64,000 bases of DNA, from assembly GCA_963803435.1 (NCBI GenBank), contig CAWDML010000003.1, positions 544,001 through 608,000 of the forward strand. The letters are read 5' to 3'. This DNA is from an uncultured delta proteobacterium (lineage in GTDB: Bacteria; Myxococcota; Kuafuiibacteriia; Kuafuiibacteriales; Kuafuiibacteriaceae). The notes beneath the pieces were generated by a model. It searched no databases and was not told the DNA's origin. It saw only the letters and a program-made list of their open reading frames with translations. This document shows positions 1 through 9,757 of the stretch, piece after piece. The position numbers and the translations under genes were made by a program. How positions within the stretch are numbered: position 1 is the stretch's first letter; each line of letters starts with the position of its first letter.

Positions 1-160
1 CGACCACGTTCTCGATCAGCTCGCCGGCGTGCTCCAGGGTCAGAGCCCCCGGATCGAGGGCGTCGAAGGCGTCCTCGGGGAGGCCGAGCACGCGGGCCAG
101 CAGCCGGCGCCGCTCCCCGATGGAGGCGCGCCGGAATCCGGGAAGCCGGGAGGTCGTCAT
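1..160 (-). CDS. mvaA: Hydroxymethylglutaryl-CoA reductase class II, N-terminal part (runs off the window)
   Basis: Hand translation from ATG at 160: MTTSRLPGFRRASIGERRRLLARVLGLPEDAFDALDPGALTLEHAGELIENVV. The SRLPGF start and IENVV (ENVxG) motif are typical of class II HMGR. Confidence 0.75.
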   Translation of the reverse strand, partial: MTTSRLPGFRRASIGERRRLLARVLGLPEDAFDALDPGALTLEHAGELIENVV

Positions 161-230
161 CGGTTTCCCCGTTCAGTGCTCTATGGCAGCGCGGGGGGCG
201 GGTCAACGACGAGGGAGCCAAGCCTAAGCC

Positions 231-259
231 TTGACCCGGACGGGGACCCTTTCTAGGAC
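231..259 (+). promoter_or_regulatory. Putative sigma70-type promoter for the cytochrome operon (leaderless)
   Basis: TTGACC (231-236), 17 bp spacer, TAGGAC (254-259), then GTG start 6 nt later; imperfect -10. Confidence 0.4.
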
Positions 260-265
260 GGGCCC

Positions 266-3200
266 GTGGCAACCAAGCGGCCGACCCGGTCCGAAGAAGA
301 ATCCTATCGCTTGTTCTTCTTTGTCGTCGCTCAGCTCCTGATGCTGTCGATGATCTGGCTTCTCTACCAGGAGTTCTTCAGCAACCGGCTCCTCGGTGGG
401 CGCCGCCCCTGGAAGGACGTCCAGCTCTCCTGGTTCGAGGTCGAGAAGGCTCGGGCCAACAAGAACTACGCCGCCGAGGAGGAGTGGCTCGAGACCGGGA
501 CGGTGACGTCCACCGCAGGTGAGGAGATCAACCTCAAGGCGCGCCGCGCCGAGCTCAAGAAGGAAATCGAGGATCTCGAGGGCGCGATCATCGGGACCGC
601 CAAGCGCGTCGAGTACGAGCGCCTCAAGGCCGAGCTGGAGAAGGCGGAGATCGCGGTCAAGGATCAGGAGGTGGTCGTCGCCTTCGCCAAGGCGAAGGAA
701 GACGAGATGTACTACTGGTACCGCCAAGCCAAGCACGACGGCCGCGAGTACTCGAAGAAGGAAGAGAAGTACGAGGACGCCCACGGGCAGGTGCTCGAGC
801 AGCAAAAGAAGTACGATCTGGTCGTTGCCAAGCGCGATGCGTTCCTCAATCAGGTCGGCGCAATCAAGAGAGCCCTCGATCAGAAGAAGAAGGAGCTCTC
901 GGAGATGGAGGCGGACCTCGCCACCGCTCAGCGCGCCGTCGATTCCACGAAGGATCGCTGGACCGGCATCGAGCAGTTCTGGAACCAGGAGATCGAGCTC
1001 GTCGATCGCTGCCACACTTGCCACTACGCCTTCGACAAGTGCGGCTTCAGCGCGCCCGAGGAGATCCTACACTTTACCCTCGAGGAGAAGCTCACCGCGG
1101 CCGACCTCAAGACGCGCTATTGCCTGACCCGCGACGAGATCACCGCGTATCTCGAGGCGGCCGAGGAGGTTCGCGACTCCTGGTACGAGGACGACAAGAA
1201 GGGCTACGACGACGTCAAGGACAAGCTGCTCACCGTCGGGGCCCCCGAGCCGAAGCCGGGCGAGAAGAAGGCGATCACCGAGCCGGTCCTGGCCACGGCC
1301 GCGCGCCTCGGGATCAAGCCGTCAGAGGCCGAGCCGGTGTACCGCACGCACCCGAACTACTGGAACCTGCTCCGCAAGCACCCGCCCCAGGTCTACGGGT
1401 GCACCACCTGCCACTACGGTCAGGGGCGCGAGACCAAGGGCACGGCCCTGAACTACCTGTCCGCGATCGTCTGGAAGGGCGAGGCGAGCCTGGCGCCGTT
1501 CGATCACTCCCGGAGCGATCACTACTGGGAGCAGCAGCTCCTCGACAACAAGAAGCACCACACCGAGGCCTCCTGCTTCAACTGTCACCAGCAGAACTAC
1601 GAGATCCCGTACGCGCCGAACTTCACCCGCGCCCGCAAGCTGGTGGAGAACATCGGCTGCACGGGCTGCCACCCGCTGGGACCGCTCGATCCCAAGCGCA
1701 AGCACGGGCCGGCCCTGGCGTCGGTGGCCAGCAAGGCGAACACCGCCTGGCTCGACACCTGGATCCAGCACCCGAAGGGCGTTCGGCCCCGGACGAAGAT
1801 GCCAAACTTCTGGCCGAACGCGTTGAAGGAGGACGGCGAGCCGGATCTCGAGCGCGCCGACTGCAACGATTTCGACTACGACAAGGGCAGCCCGCCCACC
1901 CCGGCGGTCTGGGTGAACTGCTACGAGCAGCGGGAGCGGGAGTCCGCGTACATCCTCGCGTACCTGCTCTCGAAGCAGACGCCGATCGCGTACCCGTCGA
2001 TGCCGAGCTGGGCGAGCGCAGAGAAGGGCAAGGAGACGTTCGAGAAGATCGGCTGCCGCGGTTGCCACAACATGGCCGAGTGGGAGCAGGCCTCGCACAT
2101 GCCGGGCAGCGAGGATCGCGACCTCGCGCCGAACCTGAGCAACGTCGGCGACAAGCTGAACCCGGGCTGGATCTTCGCCTGGGTCAAGAACCCGCGGTCC
2201 TACTGGCCCGAGACCCGGATGCCGATGCTGCGCCTCTCCGACGAGGAGGCATGGAACGTCGCCGCCTTCCTCTCCACGCGGAAGACCGGCAACGCGCCGA
2301 AGATGTCGGCCAAGGGACAGAAGTACCTCGACGAGGAGGGCGCCGCCGAGAATGGCCAGCGCCTGATCACGTACTACGGCTGCTACGGCTGCCACGACAT
2401 CCCGGGCTTCGAGGGCGCGACGCGGATCGGCGCCGACCTCACGCTGTTCGGATCGAAGCTCCCCGCCAAGCTCGACTTTGGCGACGTCACCGAGCTCGTC
2501 GAGGATCCGCACAAGCAAACCTGGGAGAACTGGCTCACCACCAAGCTGGAAGAGCCGCGCATCTATACCTACGAGCGGGTCACCACGCGTATGCCGAAGT
2601 TCGAGCTCTCGCAGCAGGAGGTCGCGGACATCGTGCTCTTCCTGAAGAGCCAGAACGAGGTGGCGCACGACTACCCGATGGGGATCAAGAAGAACCTCGA
2701 CGAGGACGAGCTCGCCGTCCAGAAGGGCGCGTATCTGATCGACGCGTACAACTGCGGCGGATGCCACCTGATCGACACCCGCGGCATCGACATCGACGGG
2801 GACCACCAGCTCGACGGCGGCGACATCTTCCGCCTCTACGCCGACACGGACGACAAGTTCCGCACGCCGCCGAAGCTCCTACGCGAGGGCGCGAAGGTCT
2901 ATCCCGACTGGCTCTTCAAGTTCCTCAAGTCGCCCTTCAAGCTGCGCGAGAACTACCAGCTCAGGATGCCCACGTTCCAGTTCACGGACGAGGAGGCCTC
3001 GGAGCTGGTGGCCTACTTCTCCGCGAAGGCCGGCGCGCCGTACCCGTTCGTTCAGAAGAAGTTCGATGTGCTCTCCGCCGCGGACCGGGCCACCGCCGAT
3101 CACCTCTTCAAGGAGGCGCAGTGCCTCAACTGCCACAACCTGGGCGGCGGCTCCAACGACCCGAAGAACGTGGCGCCGAACCTCCGTCTGGCGTTCGACC

Positions 3201-3487
3201 GTCTCCGCTACGACTGGATCTTCGATTGGCTGAAGAGCCCGCAGTCGCAGGCGCCGGGCGTCGGCATGCCGACCTTCTTCTTCGTGGCCGACGAGGAGAC
3301 CGGGGAGATGGGCACGCCGCTGACCGATATCGCGAACGGCGACTGGAAACGCCAGATCGAGCTCCTCCGCTCGTACGTGATCGATCTGGGCCGCGGGGCG
3401 AAGGTCGATGAGGGATCGGCCGACGCGGCCTCGGCGCCGGCGGCCGATCAACCGGTCAAGAAGGGCAAGAAGGGCCGAAAGGGTTGA
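266..3487 (+). CDS. Membrane-anchored octaheme c-type cytochrome with long coiled-coil stalk
   Basis: 8 CxxCH motifs (CHTCH, CTTCH, CFNCH, CTGCH, CRGCH, CYGCH, CGGCH, CLNCH); N-terminal TM helix; heptad-like E/K-rich segment ~aa 50-235; repeated GPxL...W...P...MP class I cytochrome c modules. Confidence 0.9.
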   Translation: MATKRPTRSEEESYRLFFFVVAQLLMLSMIWLLYQEFFSNRLLGGRRPWKDVQLSWFEVEKARANKNYAAEEEWLETGTVTSTAGEEINLKARRAELKKEIEDLEGAIIGTAKRVEYERLKAELEKAEIAVKDQEVVVAFAKAKEDEMYYWYRQAKHDGREYSKKEEKYEDAHGQVLEQQKKYDLVVAKRDAFLNQVGAIKRALDQKKKELSEMEADLATAQRAVDSTKDRWTGIEQFWNQEIELVDRCHTCHYAFDKCGFSAPEEILHFTLEEKLTAADLKTRYCLTRDEITAYLEAAEEVRDSWYEDDKKGYDDVKDKLLTVGAPEPKPGEKKAITEPVLATAARLGIKPSEAEPVYRTHPNYWNLLRKHPPQVYGCTTCHYGQGRETKGTALNYLSAIVWKGEASLAPFDHSRSDHYWEQQLLDNKKHHTEASCFNCHQQNYEIPYAPNFTRARKLVENIGCTGCHPLGPLDPKRKHGPALASVASKANTAWLDTWIQHPKGVRPRTKMPNFWPNALKEDGEPDLERADCNDFDYDKGSPPTPAVWVNCYEQRERESAYILAYLLSKQTPIAYPSMPSWASAEKGKETFEKIGCRGCHNMAEWEQASHMPGSEDRDLAPNLSNVGDKLNPGWIFAWVKNPRSYWPETRMPMLRLSDEEAWNVAAFLSTRKTGNAPKMSAKGQKYLDEEGAAENGQRLITYYGCYGCHDIPGFEGATRIGADLTLFGSKLPAKLDFGDVTELVEDPHKQTWENWLTTKLEEPRIYTYERVTTRMPKFELSQQEVADIVLFLKSQNEVAHDYPMGIKKNLDEDELAVQKGAYLIDAYNCGGCHLIDTRGIDIDGDHQLDGGDIFRLYADTDDKFRTPPKLLREGAKVYPDWLFKFLKSPFKLRENYQLRMPTFQFTDEEASELVAYFSAKAGAPYPFVQKKFDVLSAADRATADHLFKEAQCLNCHNLGGGSNDPKNVAPNLRLAFDRLRYDWIFDWLKSPQSQAPGVGMPTFFFVADEETGEMGTPLTDIANGDWKRQIELLRSYVIDLGRGAKVDEGSADAASAPAADQPVKKGKKGRKG

Positions 3488-4164
3488 GCGCGCGAGCGCT
3501 GCTCGTCCTCATCCTGATCCTGTATGGCGCGCCCGCGAGGGCGGGTGAGGTCGGCGGGATCGTCGTCCTCACGTCGACCACGTCCAGCGTCACCCCGGCG
3601 CTGATCCTCCGAGATCGACACGTCTGCGGCGCGGAGGTGCCGGTGAACAGCGGTTGGCTCCAGCTCGAGGGTCGAAACGTCGACGGCGTGCTCGTGTACC
3701 TCGACGGGCCGCCCCAGCCGAAGGGGCTGCCCAAGGGCAAGCTCACCATCGATCAGCAGAACTGCACCTATCTCCCGCGGGTAGCGGCGATCCCCGTGCG
3801 CTCCCGCGTTCGCTTCACCAACTCGGATCCGGTGCTCCACAACGTCCATCTCTTCGCGCCCGACGGGCGAACGGTGGGCAACTGGGCGATGCCCGCCAAG
3901 GGTCAGAGCACGCCCTGGGTGATCCTCAGAAAGCCCGGACGCTATCGGGTCGGGTGCGATGCGGGTCACGCCTGGATGAACGCGAACATCTTCGTTTTCG
4001 ACCACCCTCATTTCGTGCTCTCAGAGGGCGGTGGTCGGTTTTCGATGCGGCGGGTCTCCGCCGGTCGACACCGCCTGATCGCGTGGCACCCTGACCTCGG
4101 CCAGCGCGAAGCTCGAGTGGATGTGCCCGCGAAGGGGCGTGTCGAGGTCAAGGTGGAGTTCTGA
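3484..4164 (+). CDS. Secreted cupredoxin-like / carboxypeptidase-regulatory-like domain protein
   Basis: Signal peptide; IDQxxCxYxP, NSDPVLHNVH and CDAGHAWM (His/Cys/His/Met type-1 Cu-like ligands); start overlaps the cytochrome stop. Confidence 0.75.
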   Translation: MSARALLVLILILYGAPARAGEVGGIVVLTSTTSSVTPALILRDRHVCGAEVPVNSGWLQLEGRNVDGVLVYLDGPPQPKGLPKGKLTIDQQNCTYLPRVAAIPVRSRVRFTNSDPVLHNVHLFAPDGRTVGNWAMPAKGQSTPWVILRKPGRYRVGCDAGHAWMNANIFVFDHPHFVLSEGGGRFSMRRVSAGRHRLIAWHPDLGQREARVDVPAKGRVEVKVEF

Positions 4165-4165
4165 G

Positions 4166-5179
4166 ATGCGGGCGTGGTGGCTGGTGATCTTCTCGTTGAT
4201 CTGCGGCGCGGAAGCGCGCGCCCAGGACAAAGTCGCCACGGACGACATGGAGAAGGCGACCCTCAAGGACGAGAAGAAGGAGGAGGGCTGGAAGGCCAAG
4301 GCGAACGTCGGTCTGACCGGCTCGGTGAGCAGCAACCGGATGTTCGTGGGCGCCGAGGAGGGCACCTCGATCCAGATCGGCACCGTGATCGCGCTGGGGG
4401 CCGATCTCGAGCGCGGCCAGCACCGCTGGGAGAACGCCCTCGGCATCCAGCTTGCGGGTAGCAAGACGCCCCAGATCTCCCGCTTCGTGAAGTCGTCCGA
4501 CGTGCTCGATCTCAGCTCGACGTACTTCTACACGCTGGAGTCGGTCAGCTGGTTCGGGATGTTCGGGCGCCTGAAGCTGTCCACGCAGTTGCTGCCGACC
4601 AAGCTGGTCCGCTCGCTCCCCTACACGGTGGTGCGCCTCGACGATCAGGGGGTGGAGATCGGCCGCGACATGGTCGACGCACAGGCGGGCATCGCCACCA
4701 CCGGCGCGTTCGAGCCGCTCATGCTCCGGGAGTCGCTCGGCATCTTCGTGAATCCCGTCGAGAGCGACACGTTCAGCTTCAAGCTGAAGCTGGGCGGGGC
4801 CGCGCAAGAGATCGCCGCGCGCCACGGTTTCGTGGTGCTCGCGGACGATGGGGCTGCCGCCACGCTCACGCTGCAGCAGGTTCAGAGCACGTTCGAGCTC
4901 GGCGCAGAGCTGGGCTTCGCCAGCAACGGCACGCTCGTGCCGGAGGTCCTCAGCTGGAAGCTGAACGTCGATCTCTTTCAGCCGTTCGTCACCACCGCCA
5001 ATACCGACCTCTCGACGATCGGCCAGCTCAACGCCGAGGTGGTGCTCGGCGTCTCGCTGAAGATCGTCAAGTGGCTCTCGCTGGAGTATCTGCTCACGGC
5101 CAAGCGGATCCCGTTGATCCTGGACGCCTGGCAGATCCAGAACCTCCTCGTACTCAGCGCCGGGTTCGATCTGATCTAG
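4166..5179 (+). CDS. Outer-membrane beta-barrel protein (DUF3078-like)
   Basis: Signal peptide from ATG 4166 (MRAWWLVIFSLICGAEARA); alternating amphipathic strands; FVKSSD.L motif; hydrophobic C-terminal strand (LSAGFDLI). Confidence 0.6.
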   Translation: MRAWWLVIFSLICGAEARAQDKVATDDMEKATLKDEKKEEGWKAKANVGLTGSVSSNRMFVGAEEGTSIQIGTVIALGADLERGQHRWENALGIQLAGSKTPQISRFVKSSDVLDLSSTYFYTLESVSWFGMFGRLKLSTQLLPTKLVRSLPYTVVRLDDQGVEIGRDMVDAQAGIATTGAFEPLMLRESLGIFVNPVESDTFSFKLKLGGAAQEIAARHGFVVLADDGAAATLTLQQVQSTFELGAELGFASNGTLVPEVLSWKLNVDLFQPFVTTANTDLSTIGQLNAEVVLGVSLKIVKWLSLEYLLTAKRIPLILDAWQIQNLLVLSAGFDLI

Positions 5180-5192
5180 TATCCTCCCCACC

Positions 5193-7361
5193 ATGGCGGG
5201 TGGACCCAAACCGGGTGAGGTCGCGATCTCCGAGCCGGCGGCCCCTGCTCGCCCCGATCTCTTCGTCAACCGCGAGATCTCCTTTCTCGAGTTCAACCAG
5301 CGCATCGTGCAGGAGGCGGCCGACCCGGCGCTGCCCTTGCTGGAGCGCTTGAAGTTCATCGGCATCGTCGGGGCGAACCTCGACGAGTTCTTCATGGTCC
5401 GCGTCGCCGGGCTCAAGCAGCAGCTGAAGAGCGGCGTGCTCGAGACGGGCCCCGACGGCATGACGCCATCCGAGCAACTGTCGGCGATCGCGCAGCGGGC
5501 GGCCGCCCAGCTCGCGGAGACGGAGCGGACCCTCCTCGAGGGCGTCATCCCGGCGCTGGCGCAGCAGGGGATTCGGATCCTGCGCGTCGCTGAGCTGGGG
5601 CCCGCCCCCCGGAAGCGGCTGGCGCAGCACTTCGAGACGCAGATCTTCCCCATGCTGACGCCGCTGGCGGTCGATCCGGGGCATCCGTTCCCGTTCATCA
5701 AGAACCGGACGCTCAACCTGGCCGTGCACCTCTTGCCGGAGACCAGCGCTGCCGACGCCTATCCGCTGCTGGCGGTGGTGCAGGTGCCGAACGTTCCGCG
5801 CTTTGTCGACGTCGACATGCCGGGTGATCTGGCCGTGGTGTTCGTCGACGACGAGATGACGGCGCACGTCGGTGCGCTCTTCCCGGGGATGCGCGTCCTC
5901 GAGTGCGTACCCTTCCGCGTCATCCGAAACTGGGACCTCTCGATCGACGAGGAGGAGCAAGAGGACCTCCTCGAGACCGTGGAGAAGGAGCTCCGGCGCC
6001 GCTGGCGTCTCGACGCCGTACGCCTGGAGATGGGCGCGGAGGCCTCGGGCGAGCTGGTCGACCGGCTGCGCTCGGCGCTCGATCTCTCGCCTGCGGACGT
6101 CATGGTCTACGCCGGTCCGCTCGCGCTCGCCGACCTCCAGGGTCTGGTCGCCCGGGTGGGACGCTCGGACCTGCGAGACGAGGCGTTCTATCCGGTCCTG
6201 TCCCCGGAGTTCCGCGACTCGGACGACGTCTTCGCCGCGATCGGCAAGGGCGACATTCTGCTTCACCACCCCTACGAGAGCTACGAGCCGGTCGTCGATC
6301 TCCTGGACCAGGCATCGCGGGATCCGGCGGTCCTGGCGATCAAGCAGACGCTGTACCGCGTCAGTCGGGACTCACCGATCCTCGAGTCGCTGATCACCGC
6401 CGCCGAGAACGGCAAGCAGGTCACCGCGCTGGTCGAGCTGAAGGCGCGCCTCTCAGAGGAGACGAACGTGGAGTGGGCCCGGCATCTGGAGCGGTCGGGC
6501 GTGCAGGTCGTCTACGGGATGATCGGCCTGAAGACGCACTGCAAGGTGACGATGGTGGTGCGTCGCGGCGCTGGTGGGATCAGGCGCTACGTGCACCTCG
6601 GGACCGGCAACTACAACGAGGAGACCGCCCGCATCTACTCCGACCTCAGCTACTTCACCGCGCGCCAGGACGTCTGCGACGACGTCTCGTCCCTCTTCAA
6701 CCTGCTCACCGGATACTCCGCCCCGCCCAGCTGGAAGAAGCTGGTGGTGGCGCCCCTCCGACTCCGCCATCACCTGCTCGATCTGATCGAGGACAAGATC
6801 CGCGTCGCACAGAAGGGAAAGAAGGCGAAGATCGTCTTCAAGTCGAACGCGCTGATCGACCCCCGGATCATCCAGGCGCTCACGCAGGCCTCGCAGGCAG
6901 GCGTGGAGGTGATCCTGTGCGTTCGAGGTCCGTGCTCGCTGCGCGTCGGTATCCCCGGCGTGAGCGATCGGATCACCGTGCGCATGGTGATCGATCGCTT
7001 CCTCGAGCACTCGCGTCTCTTCTACTTCGCGTCGGAAGATCAGGAGGACGTCTTCATCACCAGCACGGACATCATGCCGCGCAACTTCGATCGCCGCGTC
7101 GAGGTCATGCTCCCGATCGAGGATCCCCGCCTCAAGCGCCGGATCGTGGACGAGATCCTGGCGATCGAGCTGGCCGACAACACGAAAGCGGCGGTGCTCC
7201 AGGAGAACGGCACCTTCAGCCGGCTCAAGCCGGGGAACGCGAAGCCTGTGCGGTCCCAGGCCGAGTTCATCAAGCTGGCTCGGGCCCGGGCGGCTGCGGG
7301 TGATGTGGGGAAAAAGCGCAAGAAGCCCAAGCGGGACAAGAAAGAGAAGAAGAAGGGCTGA
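5193..7361 (+). CDS. ppk1: Polyphosphate kinase 1
   Basis: NREISFLEFNQR, NLDEFFMVRVAGL, HPFPFI, LHHPYESY, IKQTLYR, LKTHCK (phospho-His), HLGTGNYN, DRFLEHSR. Confidence 0.95.
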   Translation: MAGGPKPGEVAISEPAAPARPDLFVNREISFLEFNQRIVQEAADPALPLLERLKFIGIVGANLDEFFMVRVAGLKQQLKSGVLETGPDGMTPSEQLSAIAQRAAAQLAETERTLLEGVIPALAQQGIRILRVAELGPAPRKRLAQHFETQIFPMLTPLAVDPGHPFPFIKNRTLNLAVHLLPETSAADAYPLLAVVQVPNVPRFVDVDMPGDLAVVFVDDEMTAHVGALFPGMRVLECVPFRVIRNWDLSIDEEEQEDLLETVEKELRRRWRLDAVRLEMGAEASGELVDRLRSALDLSPADVMVYAGPLALADLQGLVARVGRSDLRDEAFYPVLSPEFRDSDDVFAAIGKGDILLHHPYESYEPVVDLLDQASRDPAVLAIKQTLYRVSRDSPILESLITAAENGKQVTALVELKARLSEETNVEWARHLERSGVQVVYGMIGLKTHCKVTMVVRRGAGGIRRYVHLGTGNYNEETARIYSDLSYFTARQDVCDDVSSLFNLLTGYSAPPSWKKLVVAPLRLRHHLLDLIEDKIRVAQKGKKAKIVFKSNALIDPRIIQALTQASQAGVEVILCVRGPCSLRVGIPGVSDRITVRMVIDRFLEHSRLFYFASEDQEDVFITSTDIMPRNFDRRVEVMLPIEDPRLKRRIVDEILAIELADNTKAAVLQENGTFSRLKPGNAKPVRSQAEFIKLARARAAAGDVGKKRKKPKRDKKEKKKG

Positions 7362-7407
7362 TCGGGCCCGGCCCGGGTGCTCCGTCGCGGGGGCAAACAC
7401 ATACGAA

Positions 7408-7437
7408 TTGACCCGACGTCGGCCCCAAGACTAGAAG
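7408..7437 (+). promoter_or_regulatory. Putative sigma70-type promoter (leaderless)
   Basis: TTGACC (7408-7413), 18 bp spacer, TAGAAG (7432-7437), ATG 7 nt later. Confidence 0.4.
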
Positions 7438-7444
7438 GCCCCAC

Positions 7445-8554
<1,110 letters not shown>

Positions 8555-8566
8555 GACGTTGATCGG

Positions 8567-9757
8567 GTGACCTCCTCGATCGGCCTCGTCCTCTCGGGCG
8601 GCGGCGCCCGGGGCGCGTACGAGGTCGGAGTCCTCACCTACCTGGCTGAGCACCACCCGGACCTCTTGGCGAAGGTCCGCGTCATCACCGGCTCGAGCGT
8701 CGGCGCTGTCAACGGCGTCTATCTGGCCTCTCACGGACTCACCGCGGAGTCGGTGTTCGAGCTGGCCGAGCTCTGGAAGAACCTCTCCATCGACGCGCTC
8801 CTGTCGCTGTCCTCGTTCGATGCTCTGCGGATGATCGGCGCGGCGCCGCTCCGGCTCCTCCGCAGGAACGCGCGCACGCCGACAAAGGGCTTGCTGGACG
8901 CCGAGGGCCTCTGGCGTCTGGTGAGCCGGAGCATCGACTGGAGCGGGCTCCATCGCCGGGTGCAGAGCGGGCGGTTCGACGCCGTCGCGGTCCTCGCCAC
9001 GGATCTCTCCAGCGGGAAGAGCCACGTGTTCGTCGAGAGCCGGCCGGGGATCGCGTCGCCCGCAGACAGCAGTGAGGCGCACTTCCTCCCGGTCCGCCTC
9101 GGTCGCCCGCACGTGTTGGCCTCGGCGGCGATCCCGCTCCTGTTCTCGCCGGTGCGCGTGCATGGGCGCTGGTACATCGACGGCGGCGTCCGCAACAACA
9201 CGCCGTTCTCGGCCGCGCTCCGGCTGGCGGCGGACGGCCTGATGATCGTGAACGTGCGCGGCGCCAACCTCCCGCTCCCCGAGTCCACCGACTTTCCCGG
9301 GATCGGTCAGATCGTCGGCAAGTTGCTCGACGCCATCTTCCTCGATCGCGTCGGCTTCGATCTCGACCGCCTCCGCAGGATCAACGACTTCCTCGAGACC
9401 GCCGAAGGCCTGGGCGAGCTCGAACGTTTCCAGCGGGAGCTGGTGGCGCGCGGCCGTCCCCACTACCGCCAGATTCCGTTCGCCGTGGTCTCACCGGCGC
9501 GCGACCTGGGCGCGGTGGCGGCCAGCTACGTGTCCGGCTCCACCCGGCTCCGCTCGGTCTCGTTCATGCGCGTCCTGAACGCGCTGTTCGCCAACGACGC
9601 CCACACCTCGGGCGACGCGGCCAGCTTCCTCCTGTTCGACGGTGAGTACGCCAAGGAGCTGATCGCCACCGGGTATCAGGACGCTCGAGCGGAGCGCCAG
9701 AGCATCGAGCTCCTCGGGCGCTCAGCTACCGCCCAGCCGGGCGAGCATCGATCGTAG
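8567..9757 (+). CDS. Patatin-like phospholipase
   Basis: LSGGGARG, GSSVG nucleophile, ASAAIP, DGG motifs. Confidence 0.92.
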   Translation: MTSSIGLVLSGGGARGAYEVGVLTYLAEHHPDLLAKVRVITGSSVGAVNGVYLASHGLTAESVFELAELWKNLSIDALLSLSSFDALRMIGAAPLRLLRRNARTPTKGLLDAEGLWRLVSRSIDWSGLHRRVQSGRFDAVAVLATDLSSGKSHVFVESRPGIASPADSSEAHFLPVRLGRPHVLASAAIPLLFSPVRVHGRWYIDGGVRNNTPFSAALRLAADGLMIVNVRGANLPLPESTDFPGIGQIVGKLLDAIFLDRVGFDLDRLRRINDFLETAEGLGELERFQRELVARGRPHYRQIPFAVVSPARDLGAVAASYVSGSTRLRSVSFMRVLNALFANDAHTSGDAASFLLFDGEYAKELIATGYQDARAERQSIELLGRSATAQPGEHRS

